Origin: an uncultured virus (IMG/VR IMGVR_UViG_3300021254_000023)
Lineage: Duplodnaviria > Heunggongvirae > Uroviricota > Caudoviricetes
DNA length: 64,000 bases
IMG/VR virus record: IMGVR_UViG_3300021254_000023
Direction: 5' to 3' (one strand)
The position numbers were made by a program, and so were the translations under genes. Of the stretch, positions 9,096-20,513 are shown in pieces (the stretch's first letter is position 1; the number at the start of each line of letters is the position of its first letter). The notes beneath the pieces are model-generated. The model worked only from the letters and a program-made list of their open reading frames with translations. It was not told the DNA's origin and ran no database searches.

Positions 9096-10160
9096 ATGAA
9101 AGAAGAAATAAACAATAAAAATCGATTAAAGATTATTTTTCGACCGTTTTTACCAGAAACTAATTCTTCCTCTTCACATTCCCTTGTTATTACACAAGGC
9201 ACCCCTTATATCCTTCCGGGAGATCCTCTCTGGGATGTTCCGATCGATCAATTAACTGGTAAACTAAAGATTACTGGTTATGCATCATTCGGTCGTGGAT
9301 CCAATGTATATAACGGTGTTTATGCAAAGATTCAGTACACTGCAGCAGCTTTGTGCTATTGGGCAAGGAAAGAGAGAGACTCTCATGCAGGTCTTCTTCG
9401 ACTGGAGAAGATCATTAAGGATGTAACTGGTGTCCCAGGAGTAATTTGGGAATGGATCCCTGATTATTATAAACGCCTATTCACGGCCTATCAGGATCCC
9501 AACGAGTTTTTAAAGTATGGGGAAGAAGAGGAATTTGGTTGGCCCGACGTGGACCATGAAGGAACGGATCGTTTTCCTGAAGTCTTAGAGTCTGATCAGA
9601 CTATAGCAGATTTCATATTTTCTCCAACTTCTGTCCTCTATACTGGGGACGATGGAGGAGCACCTTCTGTGCAGTTTTTTGGAAGAATAGAGCCCAAAGC
9701 CATTCTTCATGTGGAAATTCCTGAACCTATTGGACGAATAGATATACCCCTTTATAAGTGGCCATGTAACGTACTTAGTGAAATAGGAGATCTTCTAGGG
9801 AAAGGGCCGCTTGATTCTGTAGTTTTTGAAAGAGGAATCAACCCGGGTGAATATACCGTTCGAACTAAGGACGCCAGAGATCGGGAACGTATTCTCTTAG
9901 ATAATCCAACTGGGAGTGGTCCAAAAGTGGAACAAGACCAAGGACGATTCTACTTCGCTGGAGTAAATTATTTTAATATTTTCACTGAATATCCAAAGGA
10001 AGAGAAATTATATTGGTTTAGTCCGGCTCTTCCAGGCTACATAGATGGTATTAGGAATGCTAATTACTCTTTATCAGATGCTATGCGAGATCATCCTGAC
10101 TTGTGGCTTGGAATACCATGGACTGTTACAATTTTAGAACTAGGAGGAATTACAGTATGA
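9096..10160 (+). CDS. TNSS-motif protein preceding radical SAM gene
   Basis: N-terminal FLPETNSSSSHSL; internal FIFSPTSVLYTGDD. Confidence 0.75.
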   Translation: MKEEINNKNRLKIIFRPFLPETNSSSSHSLVITQGTPYILPGDPLWDVPIDQLTGKLKITGYASFGRGSNVYNGVYAKIQYTAAALCYWARKERDSHAGLLRLEKIIKDVTGVPGVIWEWIPDYYKRLFTAYQDPNEFLKYGEEEEFGWPDVDHEGTDRFPEVLESDQTIADFIFSPTSVLYTGDDGGAPSVQFFGRIEPKAILHVEIPEPIGRIDIPLYKWPCNVLSEIGDLLGKGPLDSVVFERGINPGEYTVRTKDARDRERILLDNPTGSGPKVEQDQGRFYFAGVNYFNIFTEYPKEEKLYWFSPALPGYIDGIRNANYSLSDAMRDHPDLWLGIPWTVTILELGGITV

Positions 10161-11164
10161 TGCTATTTACAAGAGAGTATTATCCCGGGACTTATATAAA
10201 TGGGAATTATTATGTGACGGGAAATCCTACTACCGGGACAAGAATTAAAAGAACCCTTAGGGTGGGGGAGGATTTTAAACCTATCTTCCCAGATTCTATA
10301 GACTTAAAGATAACTGGAGTTTGTAAGAAGGGCTGTCCTTTCTGCCATGAAGATTCTAGTCCTAATGGAAAAGTAGCTAACTTAGAGAATCTTAAGGCAT
10401 TTCTAGAACCACTCCCAAAGGTTGGAATAGAGGTTGCCATTGGTGGAGGAGATATATTTACTTGTCCTGACCTGACATATGACCTAGTTAAATGGTTGAT
10501 TGGTAATTTTCAACCGCGACTAACAATATCTTATCAGAATTATGAAGAATTAGCCGATACTGTTGTGGGAGGAGTACTAAACTATACTAAATTCCCCGAA
10601 GGTTCTATTGAGGAAAAATTAGCTTATCTCCTAGAGGAAATTCCTATCGGGGTAAGTCTAAATAAGTACGTAGAAAATCCTATTCCAGATCAATTAGTAT
10701 CGTCTTCTTTCCATTTTAGTGGAGATAGGATAGTGTATCATGTTATTGTCGGGGTTATTAATCCAGAAGATCTTTGGGCTATGTGGATAAGTAAAGCCCG
10801 TTATAAGAAAATACTCGTCTTAGGATTTAAACAATTCGGTCGTGGTATATCCTATAATATTCCGGATTTAACTAGGACAAGGGAGGTTATAGAACGAATA
10901 CTTACTCGCCAAAAGAATCTTTTCACTGGGGACCTAAAGAAGGTTATCGCTTTTGATAACTTAGCCATAGAGCAACTTGGAATAAAAGACCTACTTCCTA
11001 AAGAAGAGTGGGATTTATTCTATCAGGGGGATGAATTTACTGCTTCTATGTATGTTGATGCCGTAGAAGAAACTGTAGCTCCCACCTCAAGAACCCCAAA
11101 ACCCGAAAGAATCTCCTGGAAAGATACAACAATTTTAAAGTACTTTAATGAAAACCATCGCTAA
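10157..11164 (+). CDS. Radical SAM protein 1
   Basis: CKKGCPFCHE (CxxxCxxC), EVAIGGG; ATGA overlap with upstream gene. Confidence 0.9.
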   Translation: MMLFTREYYPGTYINGNYYVTGNPTTGTRIKRTLRVGEDFKPIFPDSIDLKITGVCKKGCPFCHEDSSPNGKVANLENLKAFLEPLPKVGIEVAIGGGDIFTCPDLTYDLVKWLIGNFQPRLTISYQNYEELADTVVGGVLNYTKFPEGSIEEKLAYLLEEIPIGVSLNKYVENPIPDQLVSSSFHFSGDRIVYHVIVGVINPEDLWAMWISKARYKKILVLGFKQFGRGISYNIPDLTRTREVIERILTRQKNLFTGDLKKVIAFDNLAIEQLGIKDLLPKEEWDLFYQGDEFTASMYVDAVEETVAPTSRTPKPERISWKDTTILKYFNENHR

Positions 11165-11696
11165 AAAAGAGAAAATATTTGCTTTAGCAGGTATAAATCC
11201 TACTTGGAGATATAGGAGATTAGAACGACCTACAGGGAGAATAGGGTGGGCATACCCATATTGGATAACTGAGGAAGGTATTCCTATCATTATAGATCCC
11301 TATAGGTGTATAGTTTTTTGGCCTTCCCAATACCCTGAACCAGAGAATATTGATCCAGATCCCTATGAAAATGTTGATTGGGGAAATTGGATTATCACCA
11401 AGAAGAGTGGAGAGAAGCCTTACATACGAAATGAATATACAAGGAGTACTTGGAATTATAATGTACTGTATGAAACGGGCGTATACGAAGTTAAGGATAC
11501 TAAGTGGGGAGATACCTATGAGATTCAACTTCTCTGTTGGGATGTTGAGTATGAATTTCAAACATTTCTCAGAACCCCTCTTAAAGTAAATGCAATTATA
11601 GAATCCGAGACTTCACGCCTGGAGGATGAATTTTATAGACATATATTTAAACACAATGGAGAAAATTATAAAGTCGCTCATCTCGACCGTAAATAA
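11148..11696 (+). CDS. Hypothetical protein
   Basis: 182-aa ORF in operon. Confidence 0.65.
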   Translation: MKTIAKKEKIFALAGINPTWRYRRLERPTGRIGWAYPYWITEEGIPIIIDPYRCIVFWPSQYPEPENIDPDPYENVDWGNWIITKKSGEKPYIRNEYTRSTWNYNVLYETGVYEVKDTKWGDTYEIQLLCWDVEYEFQTFLRTPLKVNAIIESETSRLEDEFYRHIFKHNGENYKVAHLDRK

Positions 11697-12069
11697 AAAG
11701 ATGAAAGTGACCTATAAGGGAGGCGGCTGGATTGATGCTAGACGAACCCCCACTAGTGGTCAAAACATGGTTAATTCCTTGGAAGAATTTATTGATGCTG
11801 TCTTTAATCAGGAGTGTTATGACATTCCTGAACTTAGAGAGGTAGAGGAACTGTTAGGGGGTCGTCTCTTCAGTTGTACCTTAGAGGGGGAAGACGAAGC
11901 AAGACGTAGATATAAACAGGCCACTATGACTATGATTAGCCCTGAGGATATCGAGAACCCAAGTGAAGAACTCATAGAGCTCTTAGAAACCGCCAGAAAG
12001 TTCTTTGGAGGAACTAAAATCAGATTTAATAGTGTACCAACCAAAATAAGATATAGTGTAGAATGGTAG
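11656..12069 (+). CDS. Hypothetical protein
   Basis: ORF in operon; ATG at 11656. Confidence 0.6.
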   Translation: MEKIIKSLISTVNKKMKVTYKGGGWIDARRTPTSGQNMVNSLEEFIDAVFNQECYDIPELREVEELLGGRLFSCTLEGEDEARRRYKQATMTMISPEDIENPSEELIELLETARKFFGGTKIRFNSVPTKIRYSVEW

Positions 12070-13520
12070 AAAAGTGGAGATTAGTAGAGTCATGTCGACT
12101 TGTTATAAACAAGGAAGCAAAGGAAGTTACTTTCCGGCCAACTGATGTAAAGAAAGCTAGTAACGAGGGAATACTCCTTAGTGAGCCCGAGTTTGATTTA
12201 AAGTTTGATGATACTCTAATTCCATGGATTAAGTGGAAAGAAGAGTATTATATTGTAAAAAATTTCATTCCCACTAATGAAGCTAAAGGAAAACTAATCC
12301 GAGCCATGTCTGGTTTAGAGGGAACCGGGCTAGATCCAGTTTTCAGCGAAGAGGCAGGAGATGCTGTTTGGTTTGTAAAGGCTGGTACCCCTGAATATAG
12401 GGAGGCTAGTGATGAAATGATTCGTCGGCTGAATTGCAGCATGATGAAGAAAACTAGGAAATGGCAGGTTGGTCATAGATATGATAGCGAGGATAAAACA
12501 TACTACTATCTTGGAAAGTTTGTTAGTCATCGCAAGAACTACGATTCTAGTGAATTTCTCCGTGATCCAGTAGAATGTCATCTCGTCATTGAGAAGATCC
12601 CAGAAGGAGTCAAGACAATTCCTGATGTTCTTAGGACCTGTCTTTATGGAAGTACTGGGAAAGAGTTCATTCACACTCTATGGGGTAATCTTCCATTGAT
12701 GGTTGACTCTGGTCAGGCCTTGACTAATTCAGAGGAACCTTGGGATTTACAAAGTCTTTATATGGATCAACTCAAAAATGTATATGAGACTGGAGCTCCC
12801 TTGGGGAAGGCCTTAGAGATATTTACTTATACTGATAAACCAGATGACGTTTTCTTGTCTACCTCTGTTGACCTAGATCCTATTATAGGACAGGTGAAGA
12901 TTGCCATGATGAATCTGCTCATTGAGTGGTGGGCTTTGAAATATAATGGCGACACCCAGTATGTTGGGCCAGATCAGAGTGAGGAAAGAAACATAAAAGG
13001 TCTTATTGCTCTCTTCTCAGGGAATCTTGACCAAGAGAATATTTTTGGAACCCTTTATTACCCGGAACTTTTTAAATTAATTAATATTGACCTAGTTAGT
13101 ATTGCTAGGGAAGCTATAATTAATTGGGGAGGGGGCTATATGTTGAAGAGCGATTTTGACTATTATGTCAAAGTATTACCTCTCTGGAGAAAACATCATA
13201 GAGAAGTTGTTGACTTAGATCAAACGGTTTCGTCAGGAAGTACAGATAATTATATCGGAAAGAGATTTAATCCTGACCTAGCTAGTTCCTTAGAGAAACT
13301 ACTTATGTCTGCACTATCTAATGGTGGAGACGGAGTAACCTCTTGGAAAGAAATTAATCGAGGAACAGTATCTAAACCAGATATAGCGATTCAGGTTAGG
13401 GTTCTTCTTTCTGATATTTTGGATTTTGCAGAACCTAGTGAAACTCTTAAGAATGATATTATTAACTCAGGATTTCAGGAGTTAAATATTAAATTTATGA
13501 AAGATAAAGGCATAAAATGA
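12063..13520 (+). CDS. Hypothetical protein
   Basis: 485-aa ORF. Confidence 0.8.
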   Translation: MVEKWRLVESCRLVINKEAKEVTFRPTDVKKASNEGILLSEPEFDLKFDDTLIPWIKWKEEYYIVKNFIPTNEAKGKLIRAMSGLEGTGLDPVFSEEAGDAVWFVKAGTPEYREASDEMIRRLNCSMMKKTRKWQVGHRYDSEDKTYYYLGKFVSHRKNYDSSEFLRDPVECHLVIEKIPEGVKTIPDVLRTCLYGSTGKEFIHTLWGNLPLMVDSGQALTNSEEPWDLQSLYMDQLKNVYETGAPLGKALEIFTYTDKPDDVFLSTSVDLDPIIGQVKIAMMNLLIEWWALKYNGDTQYVGPDQSEERNIKGLIALFSGNLDQENIFGTLYYPELFKLINIDLVSIAREAIINWGGGYMLKSDFDYYVKVLPLWRKHHREVVDLDQTVSSGSTDNYIGKRFNPDLASSLEKLLMSALSNGGDGVTSWKEINRGTVSKPDIAIQVRVLLSDILDFAEPSETLKNDIINSGFQELNIKFMKDKGIK

Positions 13521-13798
13521 AAGAACAAGCCATAATTAAAGAAGGAATTGTTATAGAGGAACTTGGGAACTCCATGTTTAAAGTTCAACTCGATATGGTT
13601 GGAGAACCAGTTATCCTCTGTAGCATATCAGGAAAAATAAGAAAATATTATATCCGAATCTTAACTGGTGATAGGGTTAAAGTAGAGATGTCCCCCTATG
13701 ATTTAACAAAAGGACGAATAGCTACTAGACTCAAGGCTCCAGGTCAAGAGGAGGTAATAGGTAACAATAGTAATAACCAAAAAAAGAAAAAGAAATGA
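13517..13798 (+). CDS. infA: Translation initiation factor IF-1
   Basis: [17 protein letters not shown]...[32 protein letters not shown]. Confidence 0.95.
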   Translation: MKEQAIIKEGIVIEELGNSMFKVQLDMVGEPVILCSISGKIRKYYIRILTGDRVKVEMSPYDLTKGRIATRLKAPGQEEVIGNNSNNQKKKKK

Positions 13799-14508
13799 GA
13801 AGACCAAAGTTGACAAACACCATGATTGGCAATGTCTATCCCTTCTTCCTGAACAATCAGGCATTGAAAACGTACTATCTTTATCAGATAGTCAGTCCAG
13901 GATCCCTTAGCGACTATACGCCGCTCCTAACGTTCCAGAAGGTATGTGAAAGAACGGGGGATAAAGACTTCAGTGCTGTAGAGAGGAAGGATTGCTGCAT
14001 GTATGGAGCAGATATCATTGCCACTCTCTTAAAAAGTCGTAAAAACATAAAAGCAGAAGCAGTCAAGTATCTCTCTGAACAGATCTTGGCTCGTGGTGAT
14101 GGCAGTTGGCAGCCTACTCTGTACGAAAATGACGTTGATTTCCCCATCTTTGAGATGGATTGGAACAACAGTGTAGCAAAAGCCCTGATAATTGGTCTGC
14201 GTGATGCTCTAAGGTGGCAGCAATATCGCTTCGCACCTGGTTGTAAGATCGATATTCTCTTGACTCCAACAAAGTTTGGTGTTTTTGAGATTAAGGGTGA
14301 TAAAGAGGCTATCTGGTTGGAGCCTGTTGGAGTATATAACAATAGTGACGTGGAGATGAAAAATCCAATCGCTGGAGTAAATATGCAAGAACTCGATTGG
14401 CCGAAGGGTAAGTACACTGGAGCTACTCGTGCGAGTGCTATGAATCGCGTACTCCGCCAGACAGAGTGGAAATCATTTGACAATACTGAAATTAAGGAGG
14501 CCAATTAA
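13795..14508 (+). CDS. Hypothetical protein
   Basis: 237-aa ORF, ATGA overlap with infA. Confidence 0.75.
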   Translation: MRRPKLTNTMIGNVYPFFLNNQALKTYYLYQIVSPGSLSDYTPLLTFQKVCERTGDKDFSAVERKDCCMYGADIIATLLKSRKNIKAEAVKYLSEQILARGDGSWQPTLYENDVDFPIFEMDWNNSVAKALIIGLRDALRWQQYRFAPGCKIDILLTPTKFGVFEIKGDKEAIWLEPVGVYNNSDVEMKNPIAGVNMQELDWPKGKYTGATRASAMNRVLRQTEWKSFDNTEIKEAN

Positions 14509-14526
14509 AGGTCTCCTCTTTTTATC

Positions 14527-14979
14527 ATGAGTACATCAATAGAAAACATAATCAGAGGATTGGTCTACTGGTCAGACCTCTTGGAAAGACAGAAAAAGAG
14601 AATAACTTGGCTAGTAAGAATTCTCTTGTTAGTGGTTATAGGTATTCTAGTCTGGTGTTGGGGATGGTATGGAGGAAGTCTCCTAAGGAAGGGAATAATT
14701 ACAGTATTTCTTCTGTCGGGTCTTGTGGCTGTATGGGGCTGGACTATTCTCTATGACATACTATCTTCATACCTTCTTGTTTCCTATAATATTTCTAAAT
14801 CTACTACTACAGAAACAGAGCTTCTTGCAGATAATATAATTCTAGAAGACATGAAAAGTGGTAAGAGAAATGAGGAAGAAATGCAATTCCTTTGGGTACA
14901 ACTTAGGACAGAGCTCGGACAGTGGATTGGTAGGAAACTGCTGTCAGATAGGGGATTTACCGTACCAGAAGAAAAATAA
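14527..14979 (+). CDS. Membrane protein
   Basis: Two predicted TM helices. Confidence 0.65.
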   Translation: MSTSIENIIRGLVYWSDLLERQKKRITWLVRILLLVVIGILVWCWGWYGGSLLRKGIITVFLLSGLVAVWGWTILYDILSSYLLVSYNISKSTTTETELLADNIILEDMKSGKRNEEEMQFLWVQLRTELGQWIGRKLLSDRGFTVPEEK

Positions 14980-15018
14980 AAAGAAACCTAGGAAATGAGA
15001 ACCTAGGTTTTTATTTTT
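14979..15018. terminator. Bidirectional intrinsic terminator
   Basis: AAACCTAGG/CCTAGGTTT stem flanked by A- and T-runs between convergent genes. Confidence 0.75.
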
Positions 15019-17724
15019 TTACACTACCACAAATGCTTTTTTAGTAGTAGGATCGTAATCTACTGTAAAATTCATTGCATCTGGGGCGTCAATCATTGCT
15101 CGTCCGACTGAGTCTGTTACCCAGCGCTCTATATTACGATTAAGTTCACGTGCGCCAAGACCAGCTGTACATTCGTCGAGAACATGGTTTTTTAGAGCAG
15201 GAGTTACTTTTATCTTTAGGTGACTCTTATTGAGTTGCTTTTTAATTTTTTCTAGCTCTAAGTTAAATACCTTGCTTAGGTCATCTCTTGTGAAATGACG
15301 AAATACAATCTGTCTTGTAAGTCGATTCCTAAATTCAGGCTTAAACTTCTTCTCGATGGCCTTCTGAACAATCTCCTTGTCTTTGCTATGGCGCTCTTCA
15401 TCAGTTGGTTGTGTAAAGCCAACTCTAAGCTGAGATGCCACTTCTTTCGTTCCTATATTAGAGGTGAAGATTATAATCGTATTAGAAAAGTCAATCAGCT
15501 CACCACTACTCAGGTTAATACGTCCTTCATCGAGAATCGGAAGGAGCACGTCATATATATGTTCATTAGCCTTTTCAATCTCATCAAAGAGGAGGACACA
15601 AGATCCACCATTTGTGTCACGAACCTTGATAAGCTCACCAGACTCGTCACTTCTAACATAACCTGGAGCTGCACCCAAAAGTCGAGTTACATCAGCTTCA
15701 GAAGTCATGCTACTCATATCGAACCTTACTAAGGCTTTTTCAGTTCCATAGAAAATTTCTGCTAATTTCTTCGCCAGGTAGGATTTACCTACACCTGTTT
15801 CACCGGAGAATAAGAGTACGCCGTATGGCTTGTTAGCTGGTTTTACTCCAAGGACAGCTCTCTGAATACAGCCCATAACTTCATCAATGGCTTCTGGCTG
15901 ACCAATCACCGTCCGTGTTAACTCTTCACGCAAGAACTTCAGCTTCTCTCTATCGTTCTGAGCTACCTTGTCATACGGAATTCGGCTTATATTAGAGACG
16001 GCCATGATAACGTCTTTGTCCTCAACTTCGGTCCAATTAGCTCTTTTACTAGCTTCTTTGGCCATGGCCTTAGTCTCTCTTTCAATAACTTCATTCAAAG
16101 CTTTTTCCTCATTCCTGAGGCGTTCTGCTTCCTCGAAGTCCTGATCCTCCATGACAGCCTTCTTCTTAAGCTCAATGACTTCTGCTAGACGTTTCTCAGC
16201 TTCTGTCACGTTCTCTTTCTTTTCCGTGATTCGTTTCAGGGATGCCAGAGAACCAGCCATGTCCATGGTGTCGACAGCCTTGTCAGGGAAGTTTTTATCG
16301 GCCATATACTTACCACTCAACTCAACACAAAGGTCAAGAATGGCAGGTGTATAACGTACACGGTGGAACTTTTCATAATTACTAGAAATTCCTTTTAGAA
16401 TCTTTAGAGTTTCTGCTTGAGTTGGTTCCTCTACCATGACCTGAGTGAAACGTCGATTCAAGGCTTTATCCTTCTCAATATATTTACGATACTCAGCAGG
16501 GGTCGTTGCACCAATCATCTGGAATTCTCCTCGTGCTAAATAAGGTTTGAGAATATTACCAGTATCGTTCTGACCACCAGCCGAACCTGATACTAAAGTA
16601 TGAAGCTCATCTAAGGCAATGATAATATCTTTGTTATTGCATACTTCTTTAATGAGTTTCTGGAGTCGCTCTTCAAATTGACCACGATACTGCGTACCAG
16701 CTACTAGGTCATTGAGGTTAAGACTACATATCCTTTTCCCCTGAAGCTTCTCTGGAACATCCCCCGAAGCAATTCTCTGAGCGAGTTTTTCTATGATGGC
16801 AGTTTTACCAGTACCAGCCTCTGAGAGAAGAGCAATATTTGGTTTACGTCTTTTCAAGAGAATCTCTATCATAGACTCTACCACGTCATCTCTGCCTATA
16901 ACTGGATCAAATTCTCCGTTTGCTGCTTTCTTTGTCAGATCTACACTATAACGATCTAGGTTTGGAGTGTCAGAATTGGGGTCTAGTTCAGTTCCATCTA
17001 TGGCTTCATGACGACCTGCCTCTTCAAATTCTTTTTCCTCATCTCCTTCGTTATTTCTTCCATTATTAGCTTGTGGAGTAGGAATAGTACCTCCTGATTT
17101 TTCTAAGATTTCTCCTATGAATTTTTCTGCTTCAGCTGGATTTCCTTCGGTTACTGTCTTCACCAAAGAATCCATAAGACCAGCTACGTTTTTAGCATCT
17201 GCTTTTCTATTAGATACCATTATTTCATATAATACTTTAGATTCAAATCCCTCCATATGAAGGTATTCAATACAATCCTCGTCTTCTCCATCTAATTTAA
17301 GTGCTGCCATGAGAACGACGTCTGTATCAAGTTCGCTCATTCTTTCAGGGAAGAGTTGTTTACTTTCCCCTAAGGCATCGTCAAAGATATCCTTCATGTT
17401 ATCACTTAACATTATCATCGTAGGATCGAACAGGTCTAAGTCGTCACTGTATGTTGGTGCGACCTCCTCTTCAGTATCTGTTAATCCTGCTAGAGCTTCT
17501 AGGATTCTCTTTTTATCAGGATCTTTTAACCCCGAAAAGAAATCCTTCACAGATTTGTTATATTTCCTGTCGGCTCCTTTCCCACTAAAATAGTAGTAGA
17601 ACAGGCTATAAATAAAATTACCGACTGTAATTTCTGCAATCTTTGCTTCTTGTGCCGCTTGGTAAGAAGCTTTTAGAATTTTTGTTAATTCTTCTGTGTT
17701 ATCAAAAAATTTCATTCTTTTCAT
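15019..17724 (-). CDS. clpC: ClpC/ClpA/ClpB-family AAA+ chaperone
   Basis: Two NBDs ([25 protein letters not shown]), DPVIGR, PDKAVD, UVR-like middle segment [10 protein letters not shown]. Confidence 0.9.
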   Translation of the reverse strand: MKRMKFFDNTEELTKILKASYQAAQEAKIAEITVGNFIYSLFYYYFSGKGADRKYNKSVKDFFSGLKDPDKKRILEALAGLTDTEEEVAPTYSDDLDLFDPTMIMLSDNMKDIFDDALGESKQLFPERMSELDTDVVLMAALKLDGEDEDCIEYLHMEGFESKVLYEIMVSNRKADAKNVAGLMDSLVKTVTEGNPAEAEKFIGEILEKSGGTIPTPQANNGRNNEGDEEKEFEEAGRHEAIDGTELDPNSDTPNLDRYSVDLTKKAANGEFDPVIGRDDVVESMIEILLKRRKPNIALLSEAGTGKTAIIEKLAQRIASGDVPEKLQGKRICSLNLNDLVAGTQYRGQFEERLQKLIKEVCNNKDIIIALDELHTLVSGSAGGQNDTGNILKPYLARGEFQMIGATTPAEYRKYIEKDKALNRRFTQVMVEEPTQAETLKILKGISSNYEKFHRVRYTPAILDLCVELSGKYMADKNFPDKAVDTMDMAGSLASLKRITEKKENVTEAEKRLAEVIELKKKAVMEDQDFEEAERLRNEEKALNEVIERETKAMAKEASKRANWTEVEDKDVIMAVSNISRIPYDKVAQNDREKLKFLREELTRTVIGQPEAIDEVMGCIQRAVLGVKPANKPYGVLLFSGETGVGKSYLAKKLAEIFYGTEKALVRFDMSSMTSEADVTRLLGAAPGYVRSDESGELIKVRDTNGGSCVLLFDEIEKANEHIYDVLLPILDEGRINLSSGELIDFSNTIIIFTSNIGTKEVASQLRVGFTQPTDEERHSKDKEIVQKAIEKKFKPEFRNRLTRQIVFRHFTRDDLSKVFNLELEKIKKQLNKSHLKIKVTPALKNHVLDECTAGLGARELNRNIERWVTDSVGRAMIDAPDAMNFTVDYDPTTKKAFVVV

Positions 17725-17743
17725 ACATGTATAAGAATTTCAT

Positions 17744-18328
17744 TCATAAGATAGTGCCAAATGTAGAATATGTCACATGATAAGAAAACATGGTAATCAA
17801 GTTATCTACTCCACCAAACCAATATGGATGTTTTGGGTGGAGAGTGAAAGGGTCTTGATCCAGTCTCCCCATGATATAATCAAAGAGCCGTCCCTCTATA
17901 TTTGGGCCTGCTGCTTTGAGCTGTTCTTCTTGGATTGGGCTAGGTTTAGCTATCTTAAGCCTCGACCTAACTCCTTCCATGGCATTTTTATCGATGATCT
18001 CTATATTTCCGAAGTCCAACGAACTTACGAGGGTATTAAAGGATACGTACTTGTACTGAGGGATGGTGGGCTTAGTTCTGAGGTTGATATATCTCCTCTC
18101 TCTACCCGCCTTCCTTATTATATCCTCGTAGAATTCTGTCATCCTATAGAACTCTGGAATTAACTCTCCAGTGTTTTTATTATACGTTCTCAGCCACATC
18201 TCCCACTCTTCTCTGTTTGGGAGTAGGTCTCTAACATTATATACATTTACTAGTTTTATCCACGGCTTTTCTATTAAGATACTAAGTTGTTTGAAATCTC
18301 CGTGATTATAATTAAATGCTACTATCAT
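17744..18328 (-). CDS. Hypothetical protein
   Basis: 194-aa ORF with promoter motif upstream. Confidence 0.7.
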   Translation of the reverse strand: MIVAFNYNHGDFKQLSILIEKPWIKLVNVYNVRDLLPNREEWEMWLRTYNKNTGELIPEFYRMTEFYEDIIRKAGRERRYINLRTKPTIPQYKYVSFNTLVSSLDFGNIEIIDKNAMEGVRSRLKIAKPSPIQEEQLKAAGPNIEGRLFDYIMGRLDQDPFTLHPKHPYWFGGVDNLITMFSYHVTYSTFGTIL

Positions 18329-18387
18329 ATCTCAAAAATAAGGGATTATTCTACCCTCACAGGCAAAATAATCCGAAAATATCACCC

Positions 18388-18564
18388 TTAATAACCCCTG
18401 ACCTGTTTAAGTTCCTTTTTCAGGGCTTTATTCTCCCTTCGAAGGAATTCTATTTCTTCAGTCATTCGGTTAATCTTATTACCGAGTTTCTCTATTCTAT
18501 TGATTAGGCCCTTGATATTCTTCTCGTTACCAAGAACCTTTTTCTGAATTGCATCGTCAGTCAT
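18388..18564 (-). CDS. Small coiled-coil protein (58 aa, not in ORF track)
   Basis: MTDDAIQKKV...LKKELKQVRGY read by hand. Confidence 0.5.
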   Translation of the reverse strand: MTDDAIQKKVLGNEKNIKGLINRIEKLGNKINRMTEEIEFLRRENKALKKELKQVRGY

Positions 18565-18614
18565 GACAATTAGTTTTAAGAGACGCCGCGTGGGCTGGGT
18601 AATCGTTGATGTTT

Positions 18615-18935
18615 TTATCTTTTTCTAAACTTAAAGGTGTTATCTAAGACCAAGGTTCTCTTAGTCTGAAAATTAATTTTATATTTAGTTGTATCTGGCT
18701 GTAGTTCTATGACCAGGAAAAGTGAGTCGTCTTTTATGGACCACCAAAGTATTTCTTCGCCCTCTATTAGGTCTCCTACTTCACCCGTTCGATCCGAAGA
18801 AAAACTATAATAAACTCCACTGTTACTAGTCCAAGTACCTATAATGTCTTCTGCCCTATTATCCGGTTCTGTCTCTCTTTCTTGATGACAGCCTATGCTT
18901 ATTAATAACAGAAATAGTAGTAATAGATTTTTCAT
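18615..18935 (-). CDS. Lipoprotein, lipocalin-like
   Basis: Signal peptide with SIGC lipobox; IIGTW motif. Confidence 0.7.
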   Translation of the reverse strand: MKNLLLLFLLLISIGCHQERETEPDNRAEDIIGTWTSNSGVYYSFSSDRTGEVGDLIEGEEILWWSIKDDSLFLVIELQPDTTKYKINFQTKRTLVLDNTFKFRKR

Positions 18936-19660
18936 CTGATTTCAAATAATTCCAATTCAGGGAGACACCTATACATTAGATTTCCTATGTGTCCGGAAAA
19001 ATTTGTATGATAGTGTCCATAGATCCACCAAGAAGCATTTATATTATACAATACTTCGTCTAGATATTTCCGATCCGCTAAGACTTTGTCCCATGTCTCA
19101 TTTGTACAGTGATTAGGACGAATAGAGACAGGTTCGAAGGCAAAAGGTGCTTCATGGGAAAGAACTATATCTACTTTTATTGGATGTGGTTTTGTTGAGG
19201 GAACTATATTTTCTCCTGGCCACCAATATCTTCGAGATGACCCTAACCTAATGTTTCGGTCATTGTACCATCTCCTTGTTCTTCCTTTTCTGTCGGGAGC
19301 ATCTATGTCTATGGAAGTTGCTCCACCGATGGGATATATCTTTTTTCCACATATCTCGACAACTTCATAGTCTTTTAGAAAATGTAATCTTGGAAAATCA
19401 TGTGTTCCATCGAACCAAGCTGGATCATCATGGTTTCCCCTAATGGTCCAAATTACATTGTTGTCTCTTTCTAGGTATTTTTCTATCTTCTCATAAGAGA
19501 CCTGCATAGAATGTTTTCTACCAAAACCTGCACCAAAGTCACCGACAACAATTATGTCAGAATTTTTAAGTCCCCACTTACTTCGTATTACATTATATAC
19601 GAGGTACTTCAATTCTCCGTGAATGTCTCCACAAATAAATAATGATCTTTTTTCTTCCAT
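18932..19660 (-). CDS. Metallophosphoesterase
   Basis: GDIHG, GDFG, GNHD, SHEAP, GHYH; start moved to ATG at 19660. Confidence 0.9.
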   Translation of the reverse strand: MEEKRSLFICGDIHGELKYLVYNVIRSKWGLKNSDIIVVGDFGAGFGRKHSMQVSYEKIEKYLERDNNVIWTIRGNHDDPAWFDGTHDFPRLHFLKDYEVVEICGKKIYPIGGATSIDIDAPDRKGRTRRWYNDRNIRLGSSRRYWWPGENIVPSTKPHPIKVDIVLSHEAPFAFEPVSIRPNHCTNETWDKVLADRKYLDEVLYNINASWWIYGHYHTNFSGHIGNLMYRCLPELELFEIR

Positions 19661-19734
19661 ATCATCTATAAGGTTGTTCCAACTTAAGAATCGCATTTTT
19701 ACTAGGTGGGTAATCCTTATTAGAGAGAAAATAT

Positions 19735-20433
19735 ATGAATATGAAAAAGAAATTTGATCTAAATGATTTTAGAGGATTCTTTAAAGCAGGGAATCCCAGT
19801 ATGATGACCGCGTTCGATGATATCATGACGAAGAAAGAGGCTGTTCAAAGTCCATACATCCTAGAAGAAAGGGAGATGCATGTGACACAGATGGATATCT
19901 TTTCTCGACTTATGGGAGAACGTCAAGTCTTCTTTGCTTCAGAGGTAGATGATTATTCCGCTAGTATTACAATAGCTCAGCTTTTGTACTTGGATAGTCA
20001 GTCAGATACGGACATAACTATGTACATTATGACAGGTGGTGGTAGTTGTAGTGCTGGTTTAGGAATATGTGACACTATGAACTTTATTAAATCTGATATT
20101 AAGACTATCAATGTGTCCATGGCTGCCTCTATGGGATCACTCCTGCTTTCCTCAGGAACACGAGGTAAAAGATTTTCACTCCCCAATGCATCGTGCCTTA
20201 TTCATCAGCCCCTAATTGGAGGAGGTGGATTAAGTGGTCCGACTGCAGATATTATGATTGAAGCTAAACAGATGGAACTCCTCCGGGAGCGTCTGTTCAG
20301 ATACTTGGCTCAGAGAACGGGCCAACCTTACGAGAAGATCTTTGAGGATGCTAGACGAGATTTTTGGCTTAATGCTGAGGAATGTAAAAAGTATGGCATC
20401 ATTGATGAGATTATTGAAACTAAGATGGATTAA
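19735..20433 (+). CDS. clpP: ATP-dependent Clp protease proteolytic subunit
   Basis: PYILEERE..QMDIFSRLM (Bacteroidota-type), AASMG (Ser), HQP (His), RDFW (Asp). Confidence 0.95.
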   Translation: MNMKKKFDLNDFRGFFKAGNPSMMTAFDDIMTKKEAVQSPYILEEREMHVTQMDIFSRLMGERQVFFASEVDDYSASITIAQLLYLDSQSDTDITMYIMTGGGSCSAGLGICDTMNFIKSDIKTINVSMAASMGSLLLSSGTRGKRFSLPNASCLIHQPLIGGGGLSGPTADIMIEAKQMELLRERLFRYLAQRTGQPYEKIFEDARRDFWLNAEECKKYGIIDEIIETKMD

Positions 20434-20513
20434 TTCTGGCATTAGTTTTAGTTTGGTTTTAGGGAAAGACGGTCCGTGAGGATAGTTCTCCCTTTCTATC
20501 CTTGATTGAAATT

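Noticed and set aside
13914..14504. Long antisense ORFs (also 44358-44888, 59299-59877 and others)
   Set aside because: Shadow frames opposite better-supported genes that fit the operon structure and promoter motifs
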